This document shows, one piece after another, positions 37,593 through 50,378 of a stretch of DNA of 64,000 bases. How positions within the stretch are numbered: position 1 is the stretch's first letter; every line of letters starts with the position of its first letter. Source of the DNA: Zootoca vivipara (lineage: Eukaryota); contig NC_083288.1 in NCBI RefSeq assembly GCF_963506605.1, positions 28,086,001 to 28,150,000 of the forward strand. Reading direction: 5' to 3'. The notes beneath the pieces were generated by a model. That model worked only from the letters and a program-made list of their open reading frames with translations, did not search any database and was not told where the DNA came from. The position numbers were made by a program, and so were the translations under genes.

Positions 37593-38097
37593 CAGTGCCT
37601 ATGCACCATTAAAAAACAAAAACAAAATGAAACAAACCCCCAAAATGTTTTATGTACCTGAATGAGGTACATGAAATCATCATAACAATACTCTCATGCT
37701 TCTATGCTGAAGTGATTTATAGATATATATGCTTCCACCCGAGGGACCACCTCCCCAAAGTGAGCCACGTTTTGTTTACTTGGCAGTTTTACAACAGTTC
37801 CCAAACAAGGAGCAAGTAATGAAGGCGAGCCATTTTAAATATTACAATACCCAATGCTAGGATAACCAACCCAGTGGCTCACATAACAAATCTAGTCCCC
37901 AAGGCAATCTTACCTGGCCTTTTGGGGCCGTACTAATTACCTGAGTTGGTTGAAATGCTAGAGTTTCAGTCATGAGGACAAAGGAAGTTACTTTTCTTGT
38001 TGTTTAAACAATATAAATATTTTACATATTAGTGTTACATCTCTCAGTCTTCTATGATCAAATCAAGGCCTTTGACATTATAATAGCAATAAAGATA

Positions 38098-38163
38098 ATT
38101 TTATTATTTATACCCACCCATCTGGCTGTGAGTCCCCAGTCACTCCGGGCAGCTTAGAGCACG

Positions 38164-38214
<51 letters not shown>

Positions 38215-38680
38215 TTATTTGTACCCCGCCCATCTGGCTGAGTCTTCCCAGCCACTCTGGGCGGCTTCCAGTCGAATATCAAAACAATACAGCAATAGTA
38301 CAATTACAAAATGTAATTGTAAAAAATGGTAAAACATTAGACATAAAAATTTCCCAATACAGGGTTGCCTTCAGTTGTCTTCTAAAAGTCAGATAGTTTT
38401 TAATTTCCTTGACATCTGGTGGAACGGTGTTCCACAGGGCGGGCGGCACTGCCGAGAAGGCGCTCTGTCTGGTCCTCACACCTTGCAGTGAGGGAACCGC
38501 CAGAAGGCCCTCAGAGCTGGACCTCAGTATAGGGCTGAACGATGGGGCTGGAGAAGCTCCTTCAGGTATACTGGCCTGAGGCCATTTAGGGCTTCAAAGG
38601 TCAGAGCCAACACTTTGAATTGTGTTTGGAAACGTACTGGGAGCCAATGTAAATCTTTCAGGACTGGTATTATATGGTCT
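38098..38680 (-). mobile_element. L2 LINE 3' fragment with (TTA)n tail and duplicated 3' terminus
   Basis: DHIIPVLKDLHWLPVRF...FKVL and AFSAVPPALWNTVP motifs. Confidence 0.85.
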
Positions 38681-39524
38681 AGGCACCCTTTTGTTCCATG
38701 CGCAGAGCTCCCTGCCATTGAACTGTCGAATGGGGGGGGGTATTGGCCGCTCAGAGGAATCAAGAGAGCCTGAGAAGCTGAAAGGTGGAGGAAAAACCTT
38801 CCGCTGCTAAGTTAGGAACTGAAAGTTTGAGTGGCCTTTTGGCCGCACTCCCTGTTGGCTTGGTGGGTAGAGGTGGGCTCTCCTGGGTGCAGGGGAGTCA
38901 AAAAGGGGCAGCCTCTGGGCAAGAAGGTGCTCTACCTGCTGGCTGTGCTGTAGGGTCCTTCACGGCGCTCGGAAACGGTTTATTAAGAAATAATAAATTA
39001 AATATTGGATTTTTTGTAAAATAATTCATTACAAGGTGAAGTGCATGAGGAGGTGGAGGGGGGGGTGGAGGAGAAAGAAAAGCTACCGTAATTTGTCAAT
39101 GTCTAGGGGGCGCAATCTGGACAGTTCTTCCAGGGGCTCAAGATCACCTAGTTACGGCTCTGTATATGAGTAATAAATAGATTATTAAAGGAAATGGATG
39201 TTCCCATATATAAAATCTGCTCATCTTCCATAACATAATACTTGATGCATCAAGGATCACATTTATTATACAGAGGAAAGAAAGAAATAGCTTGAGGGTC
39301 TTCTGAAGGATCTCTAAAGTATACAATACTCTTATATATGTGTTTCATACTGGATAACCATTATACAGTATTGACATGAGGTTCAGATACCAAATAAATT
39401 AGCTAGGGCATTTTTCTCATATTTTGTCAGGGTAATGACTCTGCTGTGACTGGTGTTTATTTTTGAATGGTACCTTTCTAAGCCCAGCTCCTGAGGAAGC
39501 TGTTTCGATTTCAAAGCTCACATT

Positions 39525-39767
39525 CAGGGCCGGCCCTACGTGCAGGCTGGGTGGCGCAGGGCACCACGGCGCCGGCCCGCCAGGAGGGCGCCGTGAGCTG
39601 CGCCCACCCACTGGCCGGCCGGTCCGCCGCACAGCTGCGCCCATGACAACCGCGCTGCGCCTGCCCGCCCGCTGTGCTGCAGCCCTTGTGGCAGCCACGC
39701 AGCGCGCGACGCCCACCACACTGGAAAACGGGGCGGGAGGGCGCCAGGGGCGCTTAAGACGGACCTA
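39525..39767. mobile_element. Non-autonomous hAT MITE (same family as 22491-22731, opposite orientation)
   Basis: 8-bp TSD CTCACATT (39517-39524, 39768-39775). Empty paralogous site at ~44590. Confidence 0.9.
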
Positions 39768-40180
39768 CTCACATTCACAAATTTCAGAAATTATGGGGAG
39801 AATCTGACACCCAGGAATTTTAGGAGATCATTACCACTTGCAAACACATGATATTATAAGACACCCTTCACGTGTGTGTGTGTGTGTGTGTGTGTTTCAC
39901 CTTTAAAGAAATCAGTGTAGAAAGATTAGGACGATGCAGAGCAGTGGAGAAAAGGTAAGGGCACATGATTGCCCCCTGCCCCCCCCAAAGGTACTTCAAT
40001 ACATGCCACCCAAGGCCAACTCACACAAAGTAACACCAATTCCACTCAAATTCTTACTTTTTAAGTGACCAAATCAACAGCATATTGTATTCATGCTTTT
40101 CTTATAACTCCACAAGTAAAAGAGCTAGAGCTTTATTTACCTTTATAAAATCTGAACCATTAAAGAACATTTCTAAGAAA

Positions 40181-40530
40181 AAGTAAAGGGACCCCTCACC
40201 ATTAGGTCCAGTCGTGACTGACTCTTGGGTTGCGGCACTCATTTCACGTTATTGGCCGAGGGAGCCGGTGTACAGCTTCCAGGTCATGTGGCCAGCATGA
40301 CAAAGCTGCTCCTCGCGAATCAGAGCAGCACACGGAAACGCCGTTTACCTTCCCGCTGTAGCGGTACCTATTTATCTACTTGCACTTTGACATGCTTTCG
40401 AACTGCTAGGTTGGCAGGAGCTGGGACAGGGCAACAGGATCTCACCCTGTCGCGGGGATTCGAGCCGCCGACCTTCTGATTGGCAAGCCCTAGGCTCTGT
40501 GGTTTAACCCACAGTGCAACCCACGTTCTG
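40181..40530 (-). mobile_element. Sauria (Squam1) SINE, near full length
   Basis: Matches the other copies. TSD TTTCTAAGAAA (40170-40180, 40535-40545). Confidence 0.9.
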
Positions 40531-40545
40531 CTTCTTTCTAAGAAA

Positions 40546-41079
40546 GTATTCTGCTCTGGTCAGACCTCACCTGGAGTACTATGTCCACTTCTGGGCACCA
40601 CAGTTCAAGAAGGATACTGACAAGCTGGAATGTGTCCAGAAGAGGGCAACCAAAATGGTTAAAGACCTGGAAACGATGCCTTATGAGGAACGGCTTAGGG
40701 AGCTGGGTATGTTTAGCCTGGAGAAGAGAAGGTTAAGGAGTGATATGATAGCCATGTTCAAATATATAAAAGGATGACATATAGAGGAGGGAGAAAGGTT
40801 GTTTTCTGCAGCTACAGAGAAGCAGACACGGAGCAATGGATTCAAACTACAAGAAAGAAGATTCCACCTAAACATAAGGAAGAGCTTCCTGACAGTAAGA
40901 GCTGTTCGGCAGTGGAATTTGCTACCAAGGAGTGTGGTGGAGTCTCCTTCTTTGGAGGTCTTTAAGCAGAGGTTTGACAGGCATATGTCAAGAATCCATT
41001 GATGGTGTTTCCTGCTTGGCAGGGGGTTGGACTGGATGGCCCTTGTGGTCTCTTCCAACTCTATGATTCTATGATTCTA
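40546..41079 (+). mobile_element. CR1 LINE 3' fragment
   Basis: [11 protein letters not shown]...FSLEKRRLR motifs and (ATTCTATG)n tail. Close to the 36.7 kb copy and absent from the paralogous site at ~45185. Confidence 0.92.
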
Positions 41080-41658
41080 AGTCCCCAAATTGTCCCACAT
41101 CTGTGACTGGGGATTCATGATCCCCATGTGAGTTTGGTCTAGATTTCAAGCTAATGTTCCCTCTCTGACAATTAGTCCCTATATGTTTACCTTTCATTTC
41201 TAATAATATATAACAACCAGCTAGAGACCTCTTCTTTCTAATGAATGCTGAGAGGAGAAAGATGTCATGGGATGCTAAAATACATAAAGCAGCTATGGAG
41301 AAAGAAACTTCCAATCAAGTCTGTGAAGATGGACATAGAAGAAAACTTGCTCCTAAGACCAGCATCTCAGAAGATGTACGCAATACAAACTTCAGCTCCT
41401 CATTCATTCATGATAAAGGTATTTGCATTCAGTGCTAATTATTTGCAGGAACTAAAGCTTTGTAATAATTCCTCATTTATTCAGTAGTAAGAAGCATCTG
41501 GTCGCACTGAATGCTTTCTATTTCTTTGATTGAAAGATCTCTGAAGACTAGATTATATTGGTCTCCCTTCTATTTCTTCACTTAGTGATACTTAACTATT
41601 TTATAATGGCTATTATTTTCATATTCCTTTCAAATTATCTTTCAGAATACAGCATTTG

Positions 41659-42684
41659 ATGACAACCACAATGCAGAGAAACCTGAGTGAAATCACAGAG
41701 TTCATCCTTCTGGGGTTTGGGGATCTCCCTCATCTGCACATCTTTCTGTTCCTTGTGTTTCTGGGGATCTACATTTTGACAATTGCTTTCAATATCCTCA
41801 TGGTCTTTCTCATAGTGACTGATCATCACCTGCACACACCCATGTACTTTTTCCTGGGGAATTTGTCTTTTTTGGAAGCAGGCTATAGCTCAACCACCCT
41901 GCCCAGGATGCTGACCAGTCTCCTGACAGGGGACAAAACCATCTCTGTTAAAGGATGCCACATACAATATTTTGTTGTTTCTTTCTTGGTTGGTACAGAA
42001 TGCTATCTGCTATCTGTGATGTCTTATGACCGTTTCTTAGCCATATGCAGACCCCTATATTATGCAACTCTTATGAATGGTAAACTCTGTATCCAGCTGG
42101 CCAGTTGCTCTTGGATCAACAGCATTGTGTCAACCACCATATGCTTGGTCTTGATATGGCAACTACATTACTGTGGTTCCAATGAAATTGATAATATATG
42201 GTGTGAAGCTCTTTCCTTGGTTAAAATCTCATGCAGTGACACCAGTCTTGTGAAATATGTCATTCTGATCCTGGCTTTTGTGTTCAGTTTTCCCCCTTTT
42301 CTTTTGACTCTGATCTCCTACATATATATTGTTGCTGCTATTTTGAAAATCCCATCTGCCACTGGGAAGCAGAAGGCCTTTTCCACCTGTTCTTCTCACA
42401 TCATTGTTGTTTCTATCTTCTATGGGTCAATATTCATTGCATATTTCACACCAAAAAATGGAAAAATGAGAGAGCTTAACAAAATCTTTCCACTACTTTA
42501 CATGGTCCTCCCCCCTTTAATTAACCCCCTCATATATAGCCTGAGAAATAAAGATGTCAAAGATGCTTTGAGAAAGGCTGCTGGAAAATTTTGGAAGGGA
42601 AATTTGTGCCTCTTGGTTCCAAATACTGACGGCTCCTTTCTTCTAAGAAATAAAGCTGTATGGGTGTGGAGGATAAATGTCTGA
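41659..42684 (+). CDS. Olfactory receptor, class II, intact (341 aa, long C-tail), tandem copy 1
   Basis: NLS glycosylation site, [43 protein letters not shown]. Acceptor tctttcAG upstream. Confidence 0.92.
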   Translation: MTTTMQRNLSEITEFILLGFGDLPHLHIFLFLVFLGIYILTIAFNILMVFLIVTDHHLHTPMYFFLGNLSFLEAGYSSTTLPRMLTSLLTGDKTISVKGCHIQYFVVSFLVGTECYLLSVMSYDRFLAICRPLYYATLMNGKLCIQLASCSWINSIVSTTICLVLIWQLHYCGSNEIDNIWCEALSLVKISCSDTSLVKYVILILAFVFSFPPFLLTLISYIYIVAAILKIPSATGKQKAFSTCSSHIIVVSIFYGSIFIAYFTPKNGKMRELNKIFPLLYMVLPPLINPLIYSLRNKDVKDALRKAAGKFWKGNLCLLVPNTDGSFLLRNKAVWVWRINV

Positions 42685-42946
42685 TTGTTCAGGCTCTGAT
42701 TTTTAATCATGTCTATACAAAAGTCCATTGTATTTATTTCAATGGGGCTTACTTCCAAAATAAGCAGATTTTAGATTACTGCCATAGCTATACAGTATAA
42801 ACCCTCACCCATAGCATTATCATAACAAGAAATTATAGAAATTAGTTGGGAGGGGAATGTATGAAAGTTGAAAACATTATAATATGTTTTTGCTTGAAAG
42901 TTAGTTTCAAGCATCTGTTTCTGTTTCAGTGTAATTGTTACCAATG

Positions 42947-42949
<3 letters not shown>

Positions 42950-42997
<48 letters not shown>
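42950..42997. repeat. (AT)n microsatellite
   Basis: Direct reading. Confidence 0.95.
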
Positions 42998-43002
<5 letters not shown>

Positions 43003-43073
43003 TAACATAGAGGGTTAATCAGGGAAGTAGGACTTTGCTTGTTCCTCATGGAATGACCCTGTCTAATTGTAAT

Positions 43074-43409
43074 CTTGAGAGTCCCATGGACTGCAAGAAG
43101 ATCAAACCTATCCATTCTGAATGAAATCAGCCCTGAGTGCTCACCGGAAGGACAGATCATGAAGCTGAGGCTCCAATACTTTGGCCACCCCATGAGAAGA
43201 GAAGACTCCCTGGGAAAGACCCTGATGTTGGGAAAGATGGAGGACACTAGGAGAAGGGGACGACAGAGATGGTTGGACAGTGTTCTCGAAGCTACCAACA
43301 TGAGTTTGTCCAAACTGCGGGAGGCAGTGCAAGACAGGAGTGCCTGGTGTGCTCTGGTCCATGGGGTCACGAAGAGTCGGACACGACTAAACGACTAAAC
43401 AACAATAAC
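43074..43409 (+). mobile_element. Bov-B 3' fragment (5'-truncated)
   Basis: [10 protein letters not shown]...[12 protein letters not shown] and (CAA)n tail. TSD AATTGTAAT (43065-43073, 43410-43418). Empty paralogous sites at ~49435 and ~61505. Confidence 0.92.
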
Positions 43410-43995
43410 AATTGTAATTGGAGGTACTGTGTTACAGTGGTTTCAATGCTGCATCTGAAGACTAGCATTGACAGAGTGTTTTTCCAGAGGTTCTCTGCAA
43501 TGCAACTGAATATCTCACCTATCAGCATATAGCACCTCTGCTTAGAACCTGCACTGCTTGCCAATTTGCTTCCAGGTCTACTTCAAGGTACATAAAGCTT
43601 GGGATAAATTGAACTGTGAGATCACCTTTCTCCATCTATGAGCAGTTTACTGCATCAGTCTGTGGAACTGGGATTGCTAAAGGTGCCTCAAAAGACTCAT
43701 GCACACTTTTGCTTATGTACTTAAGGCAGGTGCCTTCACTGTACTTTTTTTTTGGCACGTGCCAGAAACATTTTATTTTAGGCAAGTGTATCCAGGCATG
43801 TGGAATATTGACATGTATTTTAATTTGGATTTTAGCATACGGCTCCTCTTATTTTTTTTAAAAAAAAGCTTTAAATCGTTTTCTGTTTTTACTGATAATT
43901 TAAGTTTTCATTCTTGCTGAAAACACTCTGAGATTTTAATGCAATCCAGGACTATGTACATCTTATGAAATAAATGAATAAAGTAAAATAAATCC

Positions 43996-44400
43996 TAGGG
44001 ATGTCTAGGGATGAACGGATCTGCCAATTTTACTTCTCTCAGATCCTTATCCCCTCCTCATGGTTTAATTGTAGATATAGAAGATAGATGAATCTGCCAG
44101 TTTTGGTTTCTCTTATTTTCTCATTTTCCCCAATCTTAAATTCAGTTCTTCACACCTGCAGCATTGGGAGGGGCCGGGGAATAAATCCTAATGGCAGCAT
44201 TTTGATGCACATTTCTCCAGAGATGCACACTTCTGTTTGCGAACATACAGATTTTTTTCCTAATATAATGCATTCTGTATTTTATTTTCCCCAATATGCA
44301 CCTTATCTTGGTGTATGCAGTTTTGTACAGATTACTTGGCTGGAGAACTGCATTGCAAAATTCAGAGAAGATTGAATTTAAAAGGATGGCTGTGTGTTGG
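43996..44400. mobile_element. Old interspersed repeat starting TAGGGATG (probable non-autonomous DNA transposon); relatives at ~50863-51280, ~58190-58345, ~61910-62270, ~30860-31000/33513-33625
   Basis: Recurring TTTCTCATTTT.CCAATCTTAAATTCAGTT...GAACTGCATTGCAAAATTCAGAGA motif set. Confidence 0.55.
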
Positions 44401-44701
44401 TGCTCTCCTTCATTACTTGCTCCTTGTTTGGGAACTGTTGTAAAACTGCCAAGTAAGATGGGGCTGCTCAGAGTTGGTGACAATTTCAATCCAAATTTCT
44501 TTCTTTTTCTATTTCAATCTAAGCACCTAAAGATGTGTAATGAAGGTGCCAGATGAGCAGGAAAGATAACTGAGTTGGCTTGATTTCAAATCCCACATTC
44601 ACAAATTTCAGAAATTATGGGGAGAACCTGAAACCCAGGAATTTTAGGTGATCATTGCCACTTGCAAACACATGATAATATAATATACCCATCACATAGG
44701 C

Positions 44702-44760
<59 letters not shown>

Positions 44761-44905
44761 GATAGAGATATCACATTTAAAGAAGTCACAGCAGAAAAAT
44801 GATTTTTGAAGGCAAAAAAAGAGGAAGCAGAGCAGTGGATAAAAGGTAAGTGGAAAGAAAAATACATGCCACCCAAGGCCAAATCACACAAATAAAGTAA
44901 TACCA

Positions 44906-45067
44906 GTAGCAACTTAGAACCCAACTAAGCATATTCTAGGTATAAGCTTTCGTGTGCATGCACATGAAATCTTATACCCAGAACATGCTTAGTTGGTCTC
45001 TAAGGTGCTACTGGACAATTTTTTATATATATTTCAACTGCGGCAGACCAACTTGGCTACCTACCTG
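44906..45067 (+). mobile_element. Penelope-type fold-back element inverted at hammerhead stem II
   Basis: 12-bp TSD AAAGTAATACCA (44894-44905, 45068-45079) and an empty paralogous site at ~40027-40038. The inversion is centred on GTGTGCATGCACA. Confidence 0.82.
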
Positions 45068-45269
45068 AAAGTAATACCAATTACACTCATATAGTCTTAC
45101 ATTTTAAGTCACCAAATCAACAGAGCTAGGGCCTTGTTTCCATTAATAACATCTGAATATTCATTAAAGAGCATTTCTAAGGAAGGAAGTCCCCAAAGTG
45201 CCCCACATCTGTGACTAGGGATTCATGATCCCCATGTGAGTTTGGTCTAGATTTCAAGCTAATGTTCCC

Positions 45270-45375
45270 TCTCTGACAATTAGTCCGTATCTCTCAATAT
45301 TTTTACCTTTGATTTCTAATAATATATAATAATCAGCTAGAGGCTTCCTGAGATGAGAAACATCCCATGGGATGC
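45270..45375. promoter_or_regulatory. Candidate OR promoter motifs: homeodomain site CAATTAG and O/E (EBF) palindrome TCCCATGGGA (45363-45372)
   Basis: Motif match inside a non-coding block retained upstream of the tandem ORs (also ~41080-41300 and ~57640-57700). The O/E site is degenerate in copy 1. Short motifs, weak evidence. Confidence 0.3.
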
Positions 45376-46774
45376 CAAAATAAATAAATCAGCTATGGAG
45401 AAATAAACTTCCAATCAAGTCTCTGAAGATGGACATTTTGAAGAAACCTTGCTCCTAATACCAGCATCTCAGAAATTGCACTAAATACAAAATTCAGCTC
45501 CTCATCCATTCACGATAAAGGTATTTGCATTCAGTGCTCATTATTTGCAGGAACTAAAGCTTTGTAATAAATGTGTGATTGTCAATTCCTCACTTTAAGT
45601 AAGAAGCATGTCACTGCACTGAATGCTTTCAGTTTCTTTGGTTGAGAGACCACTGAAGACTTCTGGGGTTGGCTCTTAGGTCCCACTGAAATCCGTAGGT
45701 TAATTTAGGCATGGGAACGAAATGCTATTCACTTCATCTGGAACCAGTGCAGGGTCTGTTTAGTTGTACATATACAAGCAAAACATCCAAGACAGGAACA
45801 AGAGCTATTCCTAAAATAGGTTCCCAAGTAGAAAAACTAAATCCATCAGCCATCTCAGAAGTCAAGTCTCTCAGTCTTTTTTACTTTTACCAAGATAGAA
45901 GCTGCATATTCCACCTCTCTGCTTATCTGCCATTTCTCAATATATAAAGCTCTATATCCGAATTGACTGAAGTGTATTCAAACTGTGTGATGTCTCTATT
46001 AAATGTTCCAGATGAAACCAATATCAAACATCAAGGCAGCCAAACTTATAATACTGCCAAATTATATGTGCGTTAATGATACTTGTGAATTTTTTTTTCT
46101 CATCTGATTTTCTCTTCGGATTTTGGAGTTCCTTATGGTATTGTCTTATTTTCAAAGTTGAACTCATTAGGAATAACACTTTGCAACATTGCTTTATTTC
46201 TGATTTGTATGTGCATTCCTTCATAGTTCTTATCTTCTTTTACAATAAAAACAAAATGTTTTTAAATACATATCACAATGTATGCTTTTTTAAATATATG
46301 ATATCTGGAAATAACAATTTTAATGCCATCAGGTACTTTTATGATATAATTTTCATAGCTGAAAATGATATTGTACAATTCAGAAAAATATGAAATCAAA
46401 GGATTATGTATGTCCTGATCCATGTATTAATTCAGGAAGTGTGGATTAGGATGATCGCCCAATATTCCTAGATTGCATTTATTTTTACTCTATTGTGCAA
46501 AGCATTGCATCAAAATTAAATCAAGATTGTATCAAGTGGCCAGCTAGCCTCTAGTTGCTCTGTTTTACCACTGAGTACCCCTACTAAATTCAGCATGCTG
46601 CCTTCTTGTTGAAAGTGCTGTCATTCAGATAAAAGCAAAAATTTAAAATTATGATATAATGAGAGGATACTTGTGATGCTGTGTCCCATTTACTGGTCAG
46701 GCAGCAGTGTTACTTGTGTTTTCTCAGTAAAGCATGTGGCCCGTTTTAAAAATCAACTAGGTATCATTGGTCTC

Positions 46775-47030
46775 TCTTCCTTCTTCTTCCTCATCTTCTT
46801 CTTCTTCTTCGATCACTCGTACTTGAGTAAGATTGTCTTCCATAGGCACGGTCTTAACAGTGAGTCCGTAAGTGACTGTGGAGGCCAATTCTCGATCCAC
46901 ATGTCCTTCCACAGTGGGGACATAGATTTCCGGGCAGGAGCTGGTAATGGTGAGAGTTTGTCAAGCATGCCTTCCTCTCCCTTTCGTCTTGAGTTCAAGC
47001 GTCTTCAGAAAGACGAAACTTTTGGTAATG
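46775..47030 (-). mobile_element. RTE-clade LINE 3' end (not Bov-B) with (GAA)n tail
   Basis: Minus strand encodes NLCPHCGRTCGSRIGLHSHLRTHC* (C2H2-like), followed by (AAG)n. Confidence 0.75.
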
Positions 47031-47034
47031 GTCG

Positions 47035-47630
47035 TTGTGTGGCAAGGCCCCCAAACCAGCCCCTCGTTAGAATAAAATTCACACTGACACAGAATTTTGG
47101 TTTAAGGTTATTGGGCAAAATTTTAGGCCACAACTTTATTGATTACAGAAATGTGAGTAAGGACTATATCGGACTCCTGCCCCATTTGCAGGAAGTCAGT
47201 AAGAGCAGACCACCCAAAGAGGAAGCGACATCGGGGGAACCCACCTGTAGCTCTCCTCAGTGTCCCCAGAGGCCTGGCACAGCCCTGTCCCCTCAAGTGG
47301 TCTTCGGACAATATCCAGGCCCTGGATTCCTTTAATGAAATACCCTTGGTCAATGGAGGGGCAGACAATGGCTGGCCTCCCCTCCCCCACAAATCAATGA
47401 GCCGATGCCTAACTGCCTAACCTTACAAAGTTGTGGCGATTACTAAGAGGTAGGTGAAAACCAAGTGGCCAGTGCCAATCTGCCAAATGGAAAAAAAATT
47501 CTACCTGGCCCCCGTCCCAAGACAGGCAACCAACCAAAGTCCTAAGCAAGGCCAGAGGACATCTAAAATAAAGGGTGGGCGGGTGGGCCTGCCCACAACC
47601 AGGACCATCCTTAAAGATGATCCCACTTCT
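47035..47630 (-). mobile_element. Probable solo LTR, same family as 9180-9947
   Basis: Reverse-complement homology including CAATAAAGTTGTGGCCTAAA and CAACTTTGTAAGGTT.GGCAGTTAGGCAT. Confidence 0.6.
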
Positions 47631-48029
47631 CCAATTGGAGCGTTCTCAAGCCGGTGTATCTCAGTGTTGATGTATATACTACATTTTTATCCTGAGAGTC
47701 TTTTGTGGACAACCAGAATTACTCTGTCCCTTTTAAAGTTAATAGTAGAGTAGTTGTTTTGGAAGACGATAATCAGGCATCCACACAACATAAACAGTCC
47801 AACAAGGTGGATGTTGAAGAATCATCGTTTCTTCACTGGTGATCTTTGCTTCTTCCAGTACACCGGCATTATTTCGCCTGTCTTTCCTGTTGATGTGTAT
47901 TTTTCTTCCAGAGACACAATTGATGGAATCTTTCTCCCTCCCTTTACATCACTCAGCGGTACTTAACTCTTGTAAAATGGCTATCACATTCATATTCCTT
48001 TCCAATTATCTTTCAGAATGTAGCATTTG

Positions 48030-49055
48030 ATGAGAACCACAATGCAGAGAAACCTGAGTGAAATCACAGAGTTCATCCTTCTGGGGTTTGGGAATCTCCC
48101 TCATCTGCACATCTTTCTGTTCCTTGTGTTTCTGGGGATCTACATTTTGACAATTGCTTTCAATATCCTCATGGTCTTTCTCATAGTGACTGATCATCAC
48201 CTGCACACACCCATGTACTTTTTCCTGGGGAATTTGTCTTTTTTGGAAGCAGTCTACAGCTCAACCACCCTGCCCAGGATGCTGACCAGTCTCCTGACAG
48301 GGGACAAAACCATCTCTGTTAAAGGATGTCACACACAATTTTTTGTTGTTTCTTTCCTGATTGCTACAGAATGCTATCTGCTCTCTGTGATGTCTTATGA
48401 TCGTTTCTTAGCCATATGCAGACCCCTATATTATGCAACTCTTATGAATGGTAAACTCTGCATCCAGCTGGCCTGTTGCTCTTGGATCAACAGCATTGTG
48501 TTGGTCACCATATGCTTGGTCTTGATGTGGCAACTCCATTATTGTGGTTCCAATGAAATTGATAATATATGGTGTGAAGCTCTTTCCTTGGTTAAAATCT
48601 CATGCAGTGACACCAGTCTTGTGAAATATTTCATTCTAATCCTGGCTTTTGTGTTCAGTTTTCCTCCTTTTCTTTTGACGCTGATCTCCTACATATATAT
48701 CGTTGCTGCTATTTTAAAAATCCCATCCACCACTGGGAAGCAAAAGGCCTTTTCCACCTGTTCTTCTCACATCATTGTTGTTTCTATCTTTTATGGGTCA
48801 ATATTGATTGCATATTTCACACCAAAAAATGAAACAATGAGAGACCTTAGCAAAATCTTTCCACTACTTTACATGGTCTTCCCCCCTTTAATTAACCCCC
48901 TCATATATAGCCTGAGAAATAAAGATGTCAAAGATGCTTTGAGAAAGGCTGCTGGAAAAATTTGGAAGGGAAGTTTGTGCCTCTTGGTTCCAAATACTGA
49001 TGGCTCCTTTCTTCTAAGAAATAAAGCTGTATGGGTGTGGAGGATAAATGTCTGA
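48030..49055 (+). CDS. Olfactory receptor, class II, intact (341 aa, long C-tail), tandem copy 2
   Basis: Same motifs as copy 1, open frame. Confidence 0.92.
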   Translation: MRTTMQRNLSEITEFILLGFGNLPHLHIFLFLVFLGIYILTIAFNILMVFLIVTDHHLHTPMYFFLGNLSFLEAVYSSTTLPRMLTSLLTGDKTISVKGCHTQFFVVSFLIATECYLLSVMSYDRFLAICRPLYYATLMNGKLCIQLACCSWINSIVLVTICLVLMWQLHYCGSNEIDNIWCEALSLVKISCSDTSLVKYFILILAFVFSFPPFLLTLISYIYIVAAILKIPSTTGKQKAFSTCSSHIIVVSIFYGSILIAYFTPKNETMRDLSKIFPLLYMVFPPLINPLIYSLRNKDVKDALRKAAGKIWKGSLCLLVPNTDGSFLLRNKAVWVWRINV

Positions 49056-49690
49056 TTGTTCAGGCTCCGATTTTTAATCATGTCTATGCAGAAGTCCATT
49101 GTATTTCATTCAATGGGGCTTACTCCCAAATTAACATAATTTAGATTACTGCATTAGCTATATAAACCCTCACCCATATCTTTATCATGTCAGATCAAGA
49201 AATTATATAAATTTGTTGGGTGGGGAACGTATGGAAGTTGAAAACATTATAATATGTTTTTGCTTGAAAGTTAGTTTAAAGCATCTGTTTCAGTGTAACT
49301 GTTTCCTATGACCATATATATTTAAGAAATTAGAATAGAGGATTAATCTGGGAAGTGGGACTTTGCTTGTTTTTCTTGGTGTCTCTTCAGATGTTGAAAC
49401 CAGTGTAATGGTATTCTCCTGGAATGACTCGGACTAACTGTAATTGGAGGGATTGTGTTACAGTGGTTTCAGTGCTACATCTGAAGACTAGCATTGACAG
49501 AGTGTTTTTCCGGAGGTTCTCTACAATGCAACTGAATATCTCCCCTCTCAGCATATATCACCTCTGCTCAGAACCTCCACTGCTTGCCAATTTGCTACCA
49601 GGCCTACTTCAAGGTGTAAGTACACAAAGCTTGGGATAAATTGAACTGCTACATAACCTTACTTCAATTACTCCCACTTAATTGCATCAG

Positions 49691-50032
49691 CACGTGGCGC
49701 TGTGGTCTAAACCACAGAGCCTAGGGCTTGTCGATCAGAAGGTTGGAGGTTTGAATCCCCGTGATGGAGTGAGCCGTCGTTGCTTGGTCCCAGCTCTTGT
49801 CAACCTAGCAGTTCGAAAACACATGCAGGTAGACAAATAGGTGCCACTTTGGCAGGAAGATAAATGGTGTTTCCATGCATTGCTCTGATTTGCCATAAAC
49901 GGCTTCGTCATGCAGGCCACATGACCTGAAGCTGTACACCGGCTCCCTCAGCCAGTAAAATGAGATGAGCGCCGCAACCCCAGAGTCATCCGCAACTGGA
50001 CCTAATGGTCAGGGTTCCCTTTCCCTTCACCT
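49691..50032 (+). mobile_element. Sauria (Squam1) SINE
   Basis: TSD TTAA(T/C)TGCATCAG (49678-49690, 50033-50045). Absent from the paralogous units. Confidence 0.9.
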
Positions 50033-50378
50033 TTAACTGCATCAGTCTTTGGAACCGGGATTGCTAAAGATGCTTCATAAGACTCATGCACACTTTTGAA
50101 CTCTCTGCCTATTGACTTAAGGCAGGTGCCTTCACTGTACTCTTTCTTGGCACCTGCCAACAACACCTTTCTTGGCACCTTTCTTGGCACCTGCCAAAAA
50201 CATTTTCCTTTAGGCAAGTGTATCCAGGAATGTGGGTTTTAATTTGGATTTTAGTATACTGCTGCTTTTACTTTTTAAAAATGCTTTAAATAGTTATCCG
50301 TTTTTACTGATAATTTTATTTTTCATTCTTGCCAAAACTGAAAAGCACTCTAAGATTTTAATGCAATCTAGCAGTATC

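Noticed and set aside
46673-47335. 220-aa ORF
   Set aside because: It runs across the antisense strands of an RTE 3' end and an LTR. It is chimeric with no domain.
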